A DNA stretch of 64,000 bases from Candidatus Poribacteria bacterium (lineage in GTDB: Bacteria > Poribacteria > WGA-4E > PCPOR2b). The DNA is taken from positions 5,722,016-5,786,015 of the forward strand of contig OZ244042.1 in NCBI GenBank assembly GCA_965215015.1, written 5' to 3'. The notes under the pieces are model-generated. The model did not search any database. It was not told the origin of the DNA and saw only the letters and a list, made by a program, of their open reading frames with translations. Each line of letters opens with the position of its first letter. Position 1 is the stretch's first letter. Below, in pieces: positions 38,240 to 47,353 of this stretch. The translations under genes and the position numbers were made by a program.

Positions 38240-39046
38240 ATGGAAGACTGGAAAAAGGGAGCGATAGCAGATAAGGCAAGACTCATTTCACGTTTCACGC
38301 TTCTTGCTTGCTTCCTCTGCCTCCCTTTTTGGGTGAAGTACGCCTATTCCCAATCTCAATCAACTTTGGAGGCGAGTTATCGGAGTGCAGAGGCTTTATA
38401 TCAGGATGGGCAGTATCAACAGGCAGCTGAAAAATACGAACAGATTGCAAGTTCGATCCAAAATGGTGCCATTTATTATAATCTCGGCAATGCCTACTTC
38501 CGTCTTGGCAACAGAGGAAAAGCCATCCTGAACTATGAGCGTGCAAAGCGATTGATGCCAAGGGATAAGGATACAAACTTCAACCTCAAAGTCGCCAAGG
38601 CACAGAATGTTGATTCATTCAACCTTGTCAAGCCCCGATCCGGTTTTTCGCTCTTATACGCTACTCTACACCCAAATGAGATTGTTTGGGCAGGGCTTGT
38701 TCCGTATTGGATCGCAGCCCTGAGTCTTATTGCGATCCAATTCACTCAGAACCATCATTTCCAACGGATGTTACGTTATGTCGTCCTGATTGGAGGTATC
38801 ACATGGCTATTTTCGTTATTGCTTTTAGGTTTGAAAATTCGAGAGATGAATCTGTCACATGCCATCGTCGTTGCAAGCGAGGTTATGGTGCGGAGTGAAC
38901 CCGATTTGGGGTCCGAAACCATTGCCTTTCCACTACATGAAGGCACCAAAATTCAGCTTCAGGAGGAGCGTAACGATTGGGTAAAAATCTATCTACCCGA
39001 TGAATATTCAGGATGGCTGACTGCAGAAGCAATTGAAAAAATTTAG
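38240..39046 (+). CDS. BatE-like protein: N-terminal TM, TPR repeats, a second TM segment and a C-terminal SH3b domain
   Basis: TPR (AIYYNLGNAYFRLGNRGKAILNYERAKRLMP). C-terminal SH3b-like region (EVMVRSEPDLGSETIAFPLHEGTKIQLQEERNDWVKIYLPDEYSGW). AAGGGGA RBS. Confidence 0.6.
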   Translation: MEDWKKGAIADKARLISRFTLLACFLCLPFWVKYAYSQSQSTLEASYRSAEALYQDGQYQQAAEKYEQIASSIQNGAIYYNLGNAYFRLGNRGKAILNYERAKRLMPRDKDTNFNLKVAKAQNVDSFNLVKPRSGFSLLYATLHPNEIVWAGLVPYWIAALSLIAIQFTQNHHFQRMLRYVVLIGGITWLFSLLLLGLKIREMNLSHAIVVASEVMVRSEPDLGSETIAFPLHEGTKIQLQEERNDWVKIYLPDEYSGWLTAEAIEKI

Positions 39047-39078
39047 GAACGATACGATTCTAAAAGAAAGGAGACGTC

Positions 39079-39582
39079 ATGGAATTACTTGGTGTATTGG
39101 TTTTATGGTTACACGTTACTGCTGCCACGGTCTGGGTCGGCGGTAACTTTATGATAGCGATGGTGGTTGTGCCTCACTTCAAACGCTCGGTGCCCCCTGT
39201 GGAACGAATTAAAATCGTGACGCAAATCGGTAGAAGTTTTGAACCGATTGGGTGGGCGTGTGTGGTGATTCTCATCTTCTCTGGCTTATTTAACATCTTC
39301 ACTGCTGGTGTGTTAGAAAGTCCAGATTTGATTGGGCCCTTCATGCGGATGCTTGGTATCAAAATTCTTCTTGTCCTTATCCTGATTCTCTTGACCGGAA
39401 TTCACGGCTTTATCATGGCACCACGGTTAGCGCGGGCTGTTGAAGCACTTGAACCGGGGACTGAGGAGCTTCCCGAACATATCGACAAAATGCGCGGTCA
39501 GATGGCGGTGGTGTCCAGTCTTATCGGTGTGTTTTCCTTGCTTATTCTACTTGCTGCGGTCGCATTGCGGCTGGGAATCTAG
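39079..39582 (+). CDS. small polytopic membrane protein (CopD-like/DUF2269-like, 4 TM helices)
   Basis: 167 aa with four hydrophobic helices. HVTAATVWVGG motif in TM1. AAAGGAGA RBS. Confidence 0.5.
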   Translation: MELLGVLVLWLHVTAATVWVGGNFMIAMVVVPHFKRSVPPVERIKIVTQIGRSFEPIGWACVVILIFSGLFNIFTAGVLESPDLIGPFMRMLGIKILLVLILILLTGIHGFIMAPRLARAVEALEPGTEELPEHIDKMRGQMAVVSSLIGVFSLLILLAAVALRLGI

Positions 39583-39636
39583 GCGAGAGGTGAACCAATA
39601 CTGTGGTGCCCAATATTATAGAGAGGGGCTATCATT

Positions 39637-42012
39637 ATGACTCGTAGAAGGAAACGAATACTAAAGGCTACTCTCTACCTGTCAGCCATCCTTTTATTAA
39701 TGCTAGTAGGTGCAGGAATTTTCAGCATTATTAAACTTCGGGCATCTCTGCCAATCCGCGATGGTGAATTGCAAATTAAGGGGTTAGACCTACCGGTCAC
39801 GGTGACTTCAGATCGCTTTGGGGTTCCGACAATTACTGCATCAACGCGCAGGGATGCTGCCTTAGCGTTAGGGTATGTGATTGCCCAGGATCGGTTATTC
39901 CAAATGGATTTAATGCGCCGCTATGCCACCGGACGGCTCTCTGAAATTGTCGGGAAAATTGCAGTAAAAGCCGATAAGCGACAGAGAGTTATCGGATTCA
40001 ACCGTGTGACTAAGGCAATCGTAGCCAATCTCTCCGATGAACAGCGGGAAGTCCTCGTTGCCCACGCCAACGGAGTGAACGCCTTTATTCGCCAAATGGA
40101 CACCCCCCCGTTTGAATTTCTTCTTTTGGGTTATCAGCCAGAACCTTGGACGGTGGAGGACAGTATCCTTGCGGTTATGAATATTTTTCAGGTGCTATCT
40201 TTCAGGGAAGACGACGAGCGGATGATGACTATCATGGAAAAGTCGCTCCCACCGGAAGTTGTCGCTTTTCTGACCCCTGATACAGATAGCTACACCCAGG
40301 TTCTCTTGGGGGGGCCGGACTCTCACCGACCAATTCAACCCATCCCTGTCGAGGCACTCGCTTCGATTCGTCGTGCGTCAAAACAGAACGAAGAGAGACT
40401 AGTTCGCGCAACCTCCCGCGTCGTGGGGTCAAACGGTTGGGTGGTGGATCAATCGAAGACAGCAGATGGTCGGGCGATTGTGGCGAACGATATGCATCTC
40501 GGTTTGTCTATACCCAATACGTGGTATCGAGCGTCTCTCCGCTACGGAAACGTTGAGATTTCTGGTGTTATCTTGCCGGGAGTTCCGGCTGTGGTTGTCG
40601 GATCTAACGGTCATGTGGCATGGGGGTTCACCTATACCTGTGGGGATTTCCTTGACCTAGTCCGGTTGGAGATTAACCCCGACAATCCAGATCAATACAA
40701 GACACCAAATGGCTGGAATCGATTTGAGGTCCTCAACGAGCGAATCCAAATCAAAGGAGAGGGATACATTGTCCAACCTATCAAGCTCACAATATGGGGC
40801 CCTGTCAGTCCAACCCCACTAATGGGTCAGCCGGTCGCCATTCATTGGACAGCACTGCAGCCTGAAGCGGTTGGCATGGAGTTGCTTGATATGGATCAGG
40901 CGATGACGCTTGAAAATGCTTTGCATGTCATGAATCACTTTCGAGGCCCACCGCTGAATGTGACTATGGCTGATGACGCTGGACAAATTGCTTGGACATA
41001 TTGTGGGAAAATTCCTATCCGAAAAGGATTAGATGGATCTTCCACCAAGTCTTGGGCGGATGGCAATATTGGCTGGGAAGGTTATATTCCACCTTCTGAA
41101 TTGCCGCGTGTGATTTCTCCGCCAGAGGGGTTTATCGCAACTGCAAATAATCGGACGCTCGGTAAAGACTATCCCTACATCATCGGCTATAACTTCGCCA
41201 ATAGCCATCGGGCTTACCGCATCAACAAACGTTTGCGCGAGATGGATCAGGTTACGGAACAGGATATGTTCCAACTCCAGTTGGATACGACGAACCACTT
41301 CTATGAATTTTACCAACAGCTAGCACTGTCTGTTTTGACAAAAGGTGTTATTACAGATAAACCCCTCTTACTAGAGGCCCGGAAGCAGATAGAAGCTTGG
41401 GATAGTAAAGCGGAGGTGGACAGCGTTGCTTTTGGAATTTTGGTTCGGTTCCGACAAATTCTGGCTGAGGATGTATTTAAACCGTTTTTAGCACTCTGTT
41501 ACAAAACTGATAGAAGGTTCGCATATACTTGGAGGAATATGGAAACCCCTCTCCGTAGCCTGCTAAAAGAAAGAATTACAGAAGTCCTTCCAGACCCAGC
41601 GAATTATCCAAGCTGGGAGGAGTTCATCCTCTCGAAATTGGAAGAATCTATCCGACAGCTGCTTAGAGAACACAATTTTGATTCATTAGATCAATTGACG
41701 TGGGGCACCATTCATAGGACTCAAATCTCACATCCGATCGGATTTATTCCTATACTAGGTAAGATATTGAATATGCCGCAGAAGCCCCTTCCGGGAGGCA
41801 ACCATTGTGTTCGGTCTGCGAGTGCATCTGAGCGCATGGTCATTTCCGCTGCTCACCCTGCGGATGGGATTCTACATATACCTTGCGGTCAATCGGGTCA
41901 TCCTTTATCAAAAAACTACAAGGACCAGTACAGCTATTGGTTAAAAGGAGAGCCTCTGCCTTTCCTTCCTGGCCCAACTACCCACACACTAACGTTCAAC
42001 CCCGGCCCCTGA
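39637..42012 (+). CDS. penicillin acylase (S45) family Ntn-hydrolase, possibly an acyl-homoserine-lactone or beta-lactam acylase
   Basis: 791 aa with a signal-anchor. Conserved alpha-subunit region (DRFGVPTITASTRRDAALALGYVIAQDRLFQMDLMRR), the SNGW nucleophile region, and the family's C-terminal motifs. Confidence 0.85.
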   Translation: MTRRRKRILKATLYLSAILLLMLVGAGIFSIIKLRASLPIRDGELQIKGLDLPVTVTSDRFGVPTITASTRRDAALALGYVIAQDRLFQMDLMRRYATGRLSEIVGKIAVKADKRQRVIGFNRVTKAIVANLSDEQREVLVAHANGVNAFIRQMDTPPFEFLLLGYQPEPWTVEDSILAVMNIFQVLSFREDDERMMTIMEKSLPPEVVAFLTPDTDSYTQVLLGGPDSHRPIQPIPVEALASIRRASKQNEERLVRATSRVVGSNGWVVDQSKTADGRAIVANDMHLGLSIPNTWYRASLRYGNVEISGVILPGVPAVVVGSNGHVAWGFTYTCGDFLDLVRLEINPDNPDQYKTPNGWNRFEVLNERIQIKGEGYIVQPIKLTIWGPVSPTPLMGQPVAIHWTALQPEAVGMELLDMDQAMTLENALHVMNHFRGPPLNVTMADDAGQIAWTYCGKIPIRKGLDGSSTKSWADGNIGWEGYIPPSELPRVISPPEGFIATANNRTLGKDYPYIIGYNFANSHRAYRINKRLREMDQVTEQDMFQLQLDTTNHFYEFYQQLALSVLTKGVITDKPLLLEARKQIEAWDSKAEVDSVAFGILVRFRQILAEDVFKPFLALCYKTDRRFAYTWRNMETPLRSLLKERITEVLPDPANYPSWEEFILSKLEESIRQLLREHNFDSLDQLTWGTIHRTQISHPIGFIPILGKILNMPQKPLPGGNHCVRSASASERMVISAAHPADGILHIPCGQSGHPLSKNYKDQYSYWLKGEPLPFLPGPTTHTLTFNPGP

Positions 42013-42042
42013 CTTTGGAAGGCTATCCGATGAAGTAAAGGC

Positions 42043-42072
42043 TTGACTGAATTTCCGCTGTTGTACTATAAT
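42043..42072 (+). promoter_or_regulatory. strong sigma70-type promoter TTGACT, 18-nt spacer, TATAAT, about 310 nt upstream of the PhyH-family gene
   Basis: Hexamers read directly (42043-42048 and 42067-42072). Implies a 5' leader of about 300 nt with no ORF of 60 aa or more. Confidence 0.5.
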
Positions 42073-42385
42073 AACCCAAGTTGCCACTACCGTCCCCGTT
42101 GTGTCAATGACAGCACGATCCGCGTGCCTGCTACTTTGGGCTGAACTGTCGCCCCTCAATGAATCGGGTGTTGAGCGGCATGTTCACCGAATCTGTAATC
42201 ATGGCGCAGAGCCTACCCTCGCTGAAATCGGGGTCGCCTAAACTGCGAAACGCACCAACATAGGCCTTCTGTCGGTTGATTTTGGAAAATTGACGTGTCG
42301 GTGTCGAGATATGAATCTCGCCCGATAAGGCTTCGAGGGTTCAACGGCGTAAGTTCTAACTGCATAGAAAAAGGAGCAGACCAAT

Positions 42386-43150
42386 ATGGCGTTGACAGAT
42401 GAACAGAAGCAGCATTTTTGGGAAAACGGTTACCTCGTCGTTCAAAATCTCCTCACCGAAGAAGAAGTGGAAGCTCTCAAAGAACAGGCGAATCTTATTG
42501 CTTCTGGTGAAGCGTCGCATGTGCCAGCAGAGTGGATTCAGGTCGAGCCTGTCATTAGAAGGGGTGAGATTCAGACAGCGTCAAAAATCGAATCTGTTCG
42601 CAAGTTGTGGAACCTTGTTCCTCATGATGAGGTAATGCGGGCGCACGCTGCCAATCCGAAAATTGTGGACATCATCGTTGATTTACTCGGCCCTGACATT
42701 AAGTTGTACGGCGATCAGTTATTCATGAAGCCTCCGAAGCACGGTTCGCGTAAGGAGTATCACCAAGACTCAAATTCGTGGAAACACCTCGTTCCGTACA
42801 ACCTCGTGAGTTGTTGGGCGGCGATGGACGATGCAACGATTGAAAACGGGTGTCTGTGGATGATTCCGGGCAGCCACAAATGGGGACTAATCAGCAGGGA
42901 ACGCGAGCAGGAGATCGAAAGCCGCGCGCTTGAAGGGGAGTGGGAGAATGAAGTGCCCGTTGAATTGAAGTCGGGGGATTGTAGCTTCCACCATAGCCTG
43001 CTTCTACACAGCAGCCATGCCAACCGCTCATCGAAGCAGCGCCGGGGATACGCTACGCACTATATGTGTTCAAAAACGAAATATATGGGGGATGCACCTA
43101 AGCCCGATTATCCGCTAATCTGTGGTCAAGAATTTCCGAATTATGTTTAA
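42386..43150 (+). CDS. phytanoyl-CoA dioxygenase (PhyH) family Fe(II)/2OG oxygenase (ectoine-hydroxylase-like fold)
   Basis: FWENGYLVV N-terminal box, HQDS...H facial triad (YHQDSNSW ... HHSLLLHSS) and R...; AAAAGGAG RBS. Confidence 0.8.
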   Translation: MALTDEQKQHFWENGYLVVQNLLTEEEVEALKEQANLIASGEASHVPAEWIQVEPVIRRGEIQTASKIESVRKLWNLVPHDEVMRAHAANPKIVDIIVDLLGPDIKLYGDQLFMKPPKHGSRKEYHQDSNSWKHLVPYNLVSCWAAMDDATIENGCLWMIPGSHKWGLISREREQEIESRALEGEWENEVPVELKSGDCSFHHSLLLHSSHANRSSKQRRGYATHYMCSKTKYMGDAPKPDYPLICGQEFPNYV

Positions 43151-43653
43151 CGAAAAATCACTTTAGTGTATAATTCCAATGCTTTCGGGTTGGGCTAGAA
43201 CAATGTTTTCGGATTTTTTTAACTCACGCTATTATTTATGTCCCTATATCTGCATATAACTAACAACGAAGAAAGGATTTTCTGTGCAGATACTCAACCA
43301 GATAGTCAAATAACCACACCTCGTCAGCAGTGTATAGATGCGACTATCACATCATTGGGTGTACTAAGTACTGCAATCACTGTAGTTTTCAGATTATCGT
43401 GATGGTATGGGTGCAATCAACATTTGGAAAAAGTATCAGGATTTTTGTTGGTCCTGTAGTTGGGGCTATGGCGTCCCCCATAGGTGTGCGATTCAACCCG
43501 CATCTATGTAAGTCTGCTGGCTAACAGCATTCAAGACTCCCAAGTATTTAGGCTTGGGAGTCCGTCAATACCGTATTGCCGGCTCAACGTCTCAGCAACG
43601 GGGGAGTCTTCGCGGTTCCCCTATTCGTAGATCCACTAATTCCGTAAGGGGGA

Positions 43654-44883
43654 TTGATAATGCAATCAGTTCAGGTTTTGACAGCCGCTTGGTATGGCGA
43701 CCGAGAGATCGACTTAACGTTTCCTGATCGTTGGGACCTTAACGTCATCGCTTTTGAAGAACGGCCAGTGCTGACGCAAGATCAGCTGCGACAGGCGTTT
43801 CAGCAGCCGGTTGGGTCACCGAGAATCGCAGAACTCGCGCAGAAAAAGAAAGGTGCCGTCCTTATCGCCGATGATCTTACGCGGCCGACTCCGACCTCAG
43901 AGGTGATGCCCTTCATCTTAGATGAACTGCAAGAGGGAGGCATCGCCGAGGAAGATATCTTAATTTTCATGGGCTTTGGCTGCCACAGACAGATGCGGCA
44001 TGATGACATCACAAAGAAACTCGGTGAGGATACCGTAAATCGCATCCGTGTCAAGCAGAACGAGTTGGATGACCCATTCGTCTATTTGGGAGACACGTCG
44101 CGGGGGATTCCGCTGCATATTAACCAGTGGGTGATGGACTGTGAGCTCAAAATTGGCATCGGTGGAACATGGCCACACGGCACCGCAGGTTTCAGCGGCG
44201 GTGGAAAGCTGGCTATCCCCGGTATAGCCAGTTACGAAACTATCAGTCGCGCCCACGGTACATTAAAGGGCGGGGGCAGGGCTGGAAATGTCGAGAATGA
44301 ATTTCGGCTTAACTCCGAAGAAGCCGCCCGGATGGCGGGGTTGAATACGACGGTGCTGACCATCTTGGACTATAAGCGCGAGATTACCGGGCTGTTTGTC
44401 GGCGATGTGGTTAAAGCACACCGCGCTGCCGTTGAAGCCGCCAAGAAGGCGTACGCCATTCAAGTAATGCCCGACGCTGATATCGTGATTACCACCGGCT
44501 ATCCGCGGGACCATGACCTTGCGTACGGTAGTCAGGGCGGATGGCCCATGAGACATTCTCAACCGGAGGCAACGCGTATTTTGATTAACACCGGCACCGA
44601 GGGGAGCGGCTATCATCGGGCAGGTTTCCTCCGGGGCAAACGACTTCGCGAGGAGGAGAATCGTGAACGCGAAGAGCGGAAGCCGTTAGTTAGATCGGAG
44701 GATTGGGATTATATCCTCTTCTCTGACGCCGTAGGTCCGATGGAGGTATTAGAGACCCACCCCAAAGCCAAATTAATGGAATCGTGGGATGAAATCCTCG
44801 ACTTTCTGAAGCAGAAATATCGCGACCAGCATCCAAAGGTGGCGATATATCGCTCCTCAGCGATCGCTTATCCACGTGATTAG
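43654..44883 (+). CDS. LarA-family (nickel-pincer nucleotide-dependent) 2-hydroxyacid racemase/epimerase homolog, paralog 1
   Basis: DUF2088/LarA N-domain motifs: DDLTRPTP, GFGCHR (His108 equivalent), WPHGTAGFSGGGK (His and the NPN-tethering Lys equivalents), ETISRAHGT (Ni-ligand His equivalent). AAGGGGGA RBS. Confidence 0.75.
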   Translation: MIMQSVQVLTAAWYGDREIDLTFPDRWDLNVIAFEERPVLTQDQLRQAFQQPVGSPRIAELAQKKKGAVLIADDLTRPTPTSEVMPFILDELQEGGIAEEDILIFMGFGCHRQMRHDDITKKLGEDTVNRIRVKQNELDDPFVYLGDTSRGIPLHINQWVMDCELKIGIGGTWPHGTAGFSGGGKLAIPGIASYETISRAHGTLKGGGRAGNVENEFRLNSEEAARMAGLNTTVLTILDYKREITGLFVGDVVKAHRAAVEAAKKAYAIQVMPDADIVITTGYPRDHDLAYGSQGGWPMRHSQPEATRILINTGTEGSGYHRAGFLRGKRLREEENREREERKPLVRSEDWDYILFSDAVGPMEVLETHPKAKLMESWDEILDFLKQKYRDQHPKVAIYRSSAIAYPRD

Positions 44884-44927
44884 AGTTAGTAATCCACGGC
44901 TCTAGCTCTACATAGAAGGAGACAAAT

Positions 44928-46172
44928 ATGCAATCTGTTCAAGTTTTAACGGGTGCCTGGTATGGCGATAGAGAAGTCGACTTGACGTTTCCCGACGATT
45001 GGGACATCAACGTCATCGCGTATGAAAAGCAGCCGGTGCTGACTCAAGACCAGCTGCGGCAGGCGTTCCATGAACCCATTGGGTCGCCACGAATTGCGGA
45101 GATAGCAAAGGGCCAAAACAGTGCTGTCATCATTTGCGACGACTTAACCCGTCCAACCCCCGCCTCAGAAGTTATCCCTTTCATCCTAGAGGAGCTTCAG
45201 GAGGGCGGTATCTCCGAAGAAAACATCATCTTCTTCATGGGCTTCGGATGTCACAGAAGCATGAAGCATGCTGACTTGGTGAAGAAGCTAGGCGAGGATA
45301 CGGTGCGCCGTTTTCGCGTTAGGCAGAACGAGTTGGACGACGCCTACATCTACATAGGTGAGACCTCGCGGGGGGTACCACTTCACTGCAACCAATGGGT
45401 GGTAGACTGTGATGTAAAGATTGGTGTCGGGGGTGCTTGGCCCCACGGCACCGCAGCCTTTAGCGGCGGTGGGAAGATTGTCATCCCCGGCGTGTCGAAC
45501 TACAAAACCATCAGCACCGCCCACGGAACGCTGGAAAGCGGCGGAAATGCGGAGAATGTCGAGAATGAATTTCGGCTCAACTCCGAGGAAGCCGCTCGAA
45601 TGCTAGGGGTGAATACAACGGTGATAACCACTCTTAACGACAGACGGCAGATTACCGCCCTTTTCGTCGGTGACGTGGTCGATGCCCATCGCGCTGCTGC
45701 TGAGACTTCAAGGGCTGCTTATGCAGTCACACCAATGAAGGATGCCGATATTGTGGTTACTACCGGCTATCCACGTGACCATGATCTCAGTTATGGCCAA
45801 ATCGGTGGGTGGCCCATGTGGCACGCATCACCGGAAGCAACGCGCATCTTAGTCTCCTCCGGGGATGAAGGTGTGTGCTATCACCGAGCGGGTATCCTTG
45901 GGGCAAAACTTCGCCGTGAGGCTGAGAGCCAGGAACGCGAAGAACGGAAACCACTAATTAGATCAGAGGATTGGGATTATATCCTTTTCTCTAATGCTGT
46001 GGGTCCGATGGAGGTGTTGGAAGCGCAACCCAGGGCCAAATTAATGGATTCGTGGGATGAAATCTTGGATATGTTGAAGCAGATATACCGAGACCAAAAG
46101 CCCAAGGTGGCGATATACCCATCCGCGGCGATTGCTTATCCGAAAAAAGAAGGAGCGGACGGACTGTACTAG
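44928..46172 (+). CDS. LarA-family racemase/epimerase homolog, paralog 2 (tandem duplicate, about 70% aa identity to paralog 1)
   Basis: Same motif set (DDLTRPTP, GFGCHR, WPHGTAAFSGGGK, KTISTAHGT). GAAGGAGA RBS. Confidence 0.75.
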   Translation: MQSVQVLTGAWYGDREVDLTFPDDWDINVIAYEKQPVLTQDQLRQAFHEPIGSPRIAEIAKGQNSAVIICDDLTRPTPASEVIPFILEELQEGGISEENIIFFMGFGCHRSMKHADLVKKLGEDTVRRFRVRQNELDDAYIYIGETSRGVPLHCNQWVVDCDVKIGVGGAWPHGTAAFSGGGKIVIPGVSNYKTISTAHGTLESGGNAENVENEFRLNSEEAARMLGVNTTVITTLNDRRQITALFVGDVVDAHRAAAETSRAAYAVTPMKDADIVVTTGYPRDHDLSYGQIGGWPMWHASPEATRILVSSGDEGVCYHRAGILGAKLRREAESQEREERKPLIRSEDWDYILFSNAVGPMEVLEAQPRAKLMDSWDEILDMLKQIYRDQKPKVAIYPSAAIAYPKKEGADGLY

Positions 46173-46372
46173 TCAGTATAGTCCCGGTAACACTGGATCT
46201 GGTGCCCTTGCGAAGACTTCAAATTCCGGTTTCGTTGTCTCAACACCCTGATCGGAACTTATGAGACCGTGAATCTACGGTGCCGTAAGGCAAAGAATTT
46301 GCCAACAGCATCGGGACCTTCGCAAGGGTTATCACCTTTATCAACGATATCAGAACCAGATTGCTGACGGAT

Positions 46373-47182
46373 TTAGCCGTCTATTAGTCTTTTCAGATAG
46401 GCGACAGCATCGGGTATGCTTTGGGGCCCGAGATGTTCAGGAATAATCAGCCCATTATATTCAGCCTTGAGCAGTGCCCGCACACATCGGGGGATGTCTA
46501 CATCACCGCTGTCCAGTGGCACCTCGTCATGATCCATCATGATCTGACCGTGTCTAATCTGGTTACGCGCGTGACAGAAAAAGATTCGATCCATGCCCCA
46601 TGTGCCAACGGGTGAATGTGGGTCTTCACCAAAGAGGGACATCCCTTGGCAGTAGGTCACACCATTGTTGGGGCTTTTCACCGTATCCCAGATGGAGTGC
46701 AGCACATCAACCGCCCATAGATGATTGGCTAACCTCAGATTTACCTCGTCCGCTACGCCGACCACCCGCCTGAAAAACTGAATAACCATATCCCACCCGT
46801 CCTCACCCGGCATTACCATCAGGGGTCTGCCGGGGTGATATTCCTGAAAGTAGATTAACCGATCCAGCGGATAAAAAAGCACAACATCAATACCGGATTC
46901 CCCTATCGCTCGCAGCGTTTGGCAAAGGGCATCCACCTCTGACTCATTTGTGCCGAGCACCGCTTCTTTGGAAGGCGGCGATGCAATCATCCCGGATACC
47001 TGAACCCCGCGCTCTTGAAGCATATCTCTGAAAGGCTTGAAGGCGTCCGGCGTCATGAACCCTTGATCTGCTGCCCCCGGAACCGAACCCGCGCTGAGAA
47101 AAATCTCATCCACACCCGCGTCCCGACAACTCGCCGCGATTTCGTCCGCACTGTTGGAACCTGCGTGTATACCGACTCTCAT
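46373..47182 (-). CDS. xylose-isomerase-like TIM-barrel sugar(-phosphate) isomerase/epimerase family protein
   Basis: 269 aa with AP-endonuclease-2/xylose-isomerase-like TIM-barrel composition and metal-ligand His/Asp/Glu positions. Preceded (minus sense) by conserved regulatory block B. Confidence 0.75.
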   Translation of the reverse strand: MRVGIHAGSNSADEIAASCRDAGVDEIFLSAGSVPGAADQGFMTPDAFKPFRDMLQERGVQVSGMIASPPSKEAVLGTNESEVDALCQTLRAIGESGIDVVLFYPLDRLIYFQEYHPGRPLMVMPGEDGWDMVIQFFRRVVGVADEVNLRLANHLWAVDVLHSIWDTVKSPNNGVTYCQGMSLFGEDPHSPVGTWGMDRIFFCHARNQIRHGQIMMDHDEVPLDSGDVDIPRCVRALLKAEYNGLIIPEHLGPQSIPDAVAYLKRLIDG

Positions 47183-47204
47183 TGTTTACCCTCCAATTGG
47201 TCTA

Positions 47205-47287
47205 CTATTAACCAATGGTACTAGTTTGCAACTGTTGATACGCTCGCCGGTCAAAGACCGAAAGTGAAACGTGAAAATAATTGGTTG
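47205..47287 (-). promoter_or_regulatory. conserved 80-nt upstream regulatory block, copy B. It includes TTTTCACGTTTCAC, TTTGACC, and a putative TTGCAA -35 with TAATAG -10
   Basis: About 85% identity to 17393-17475. Its downstream edge is about 23 nt from the ATG of the TIM-barrel gene. Confidence 0.45.
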
Positions 47288-47353
47288 ATTGGTGCATTAC
47301 TGAACTTTTGAACGCTTGAACTCAATATCCTCACCAACTCGCACCAAAAGTTA

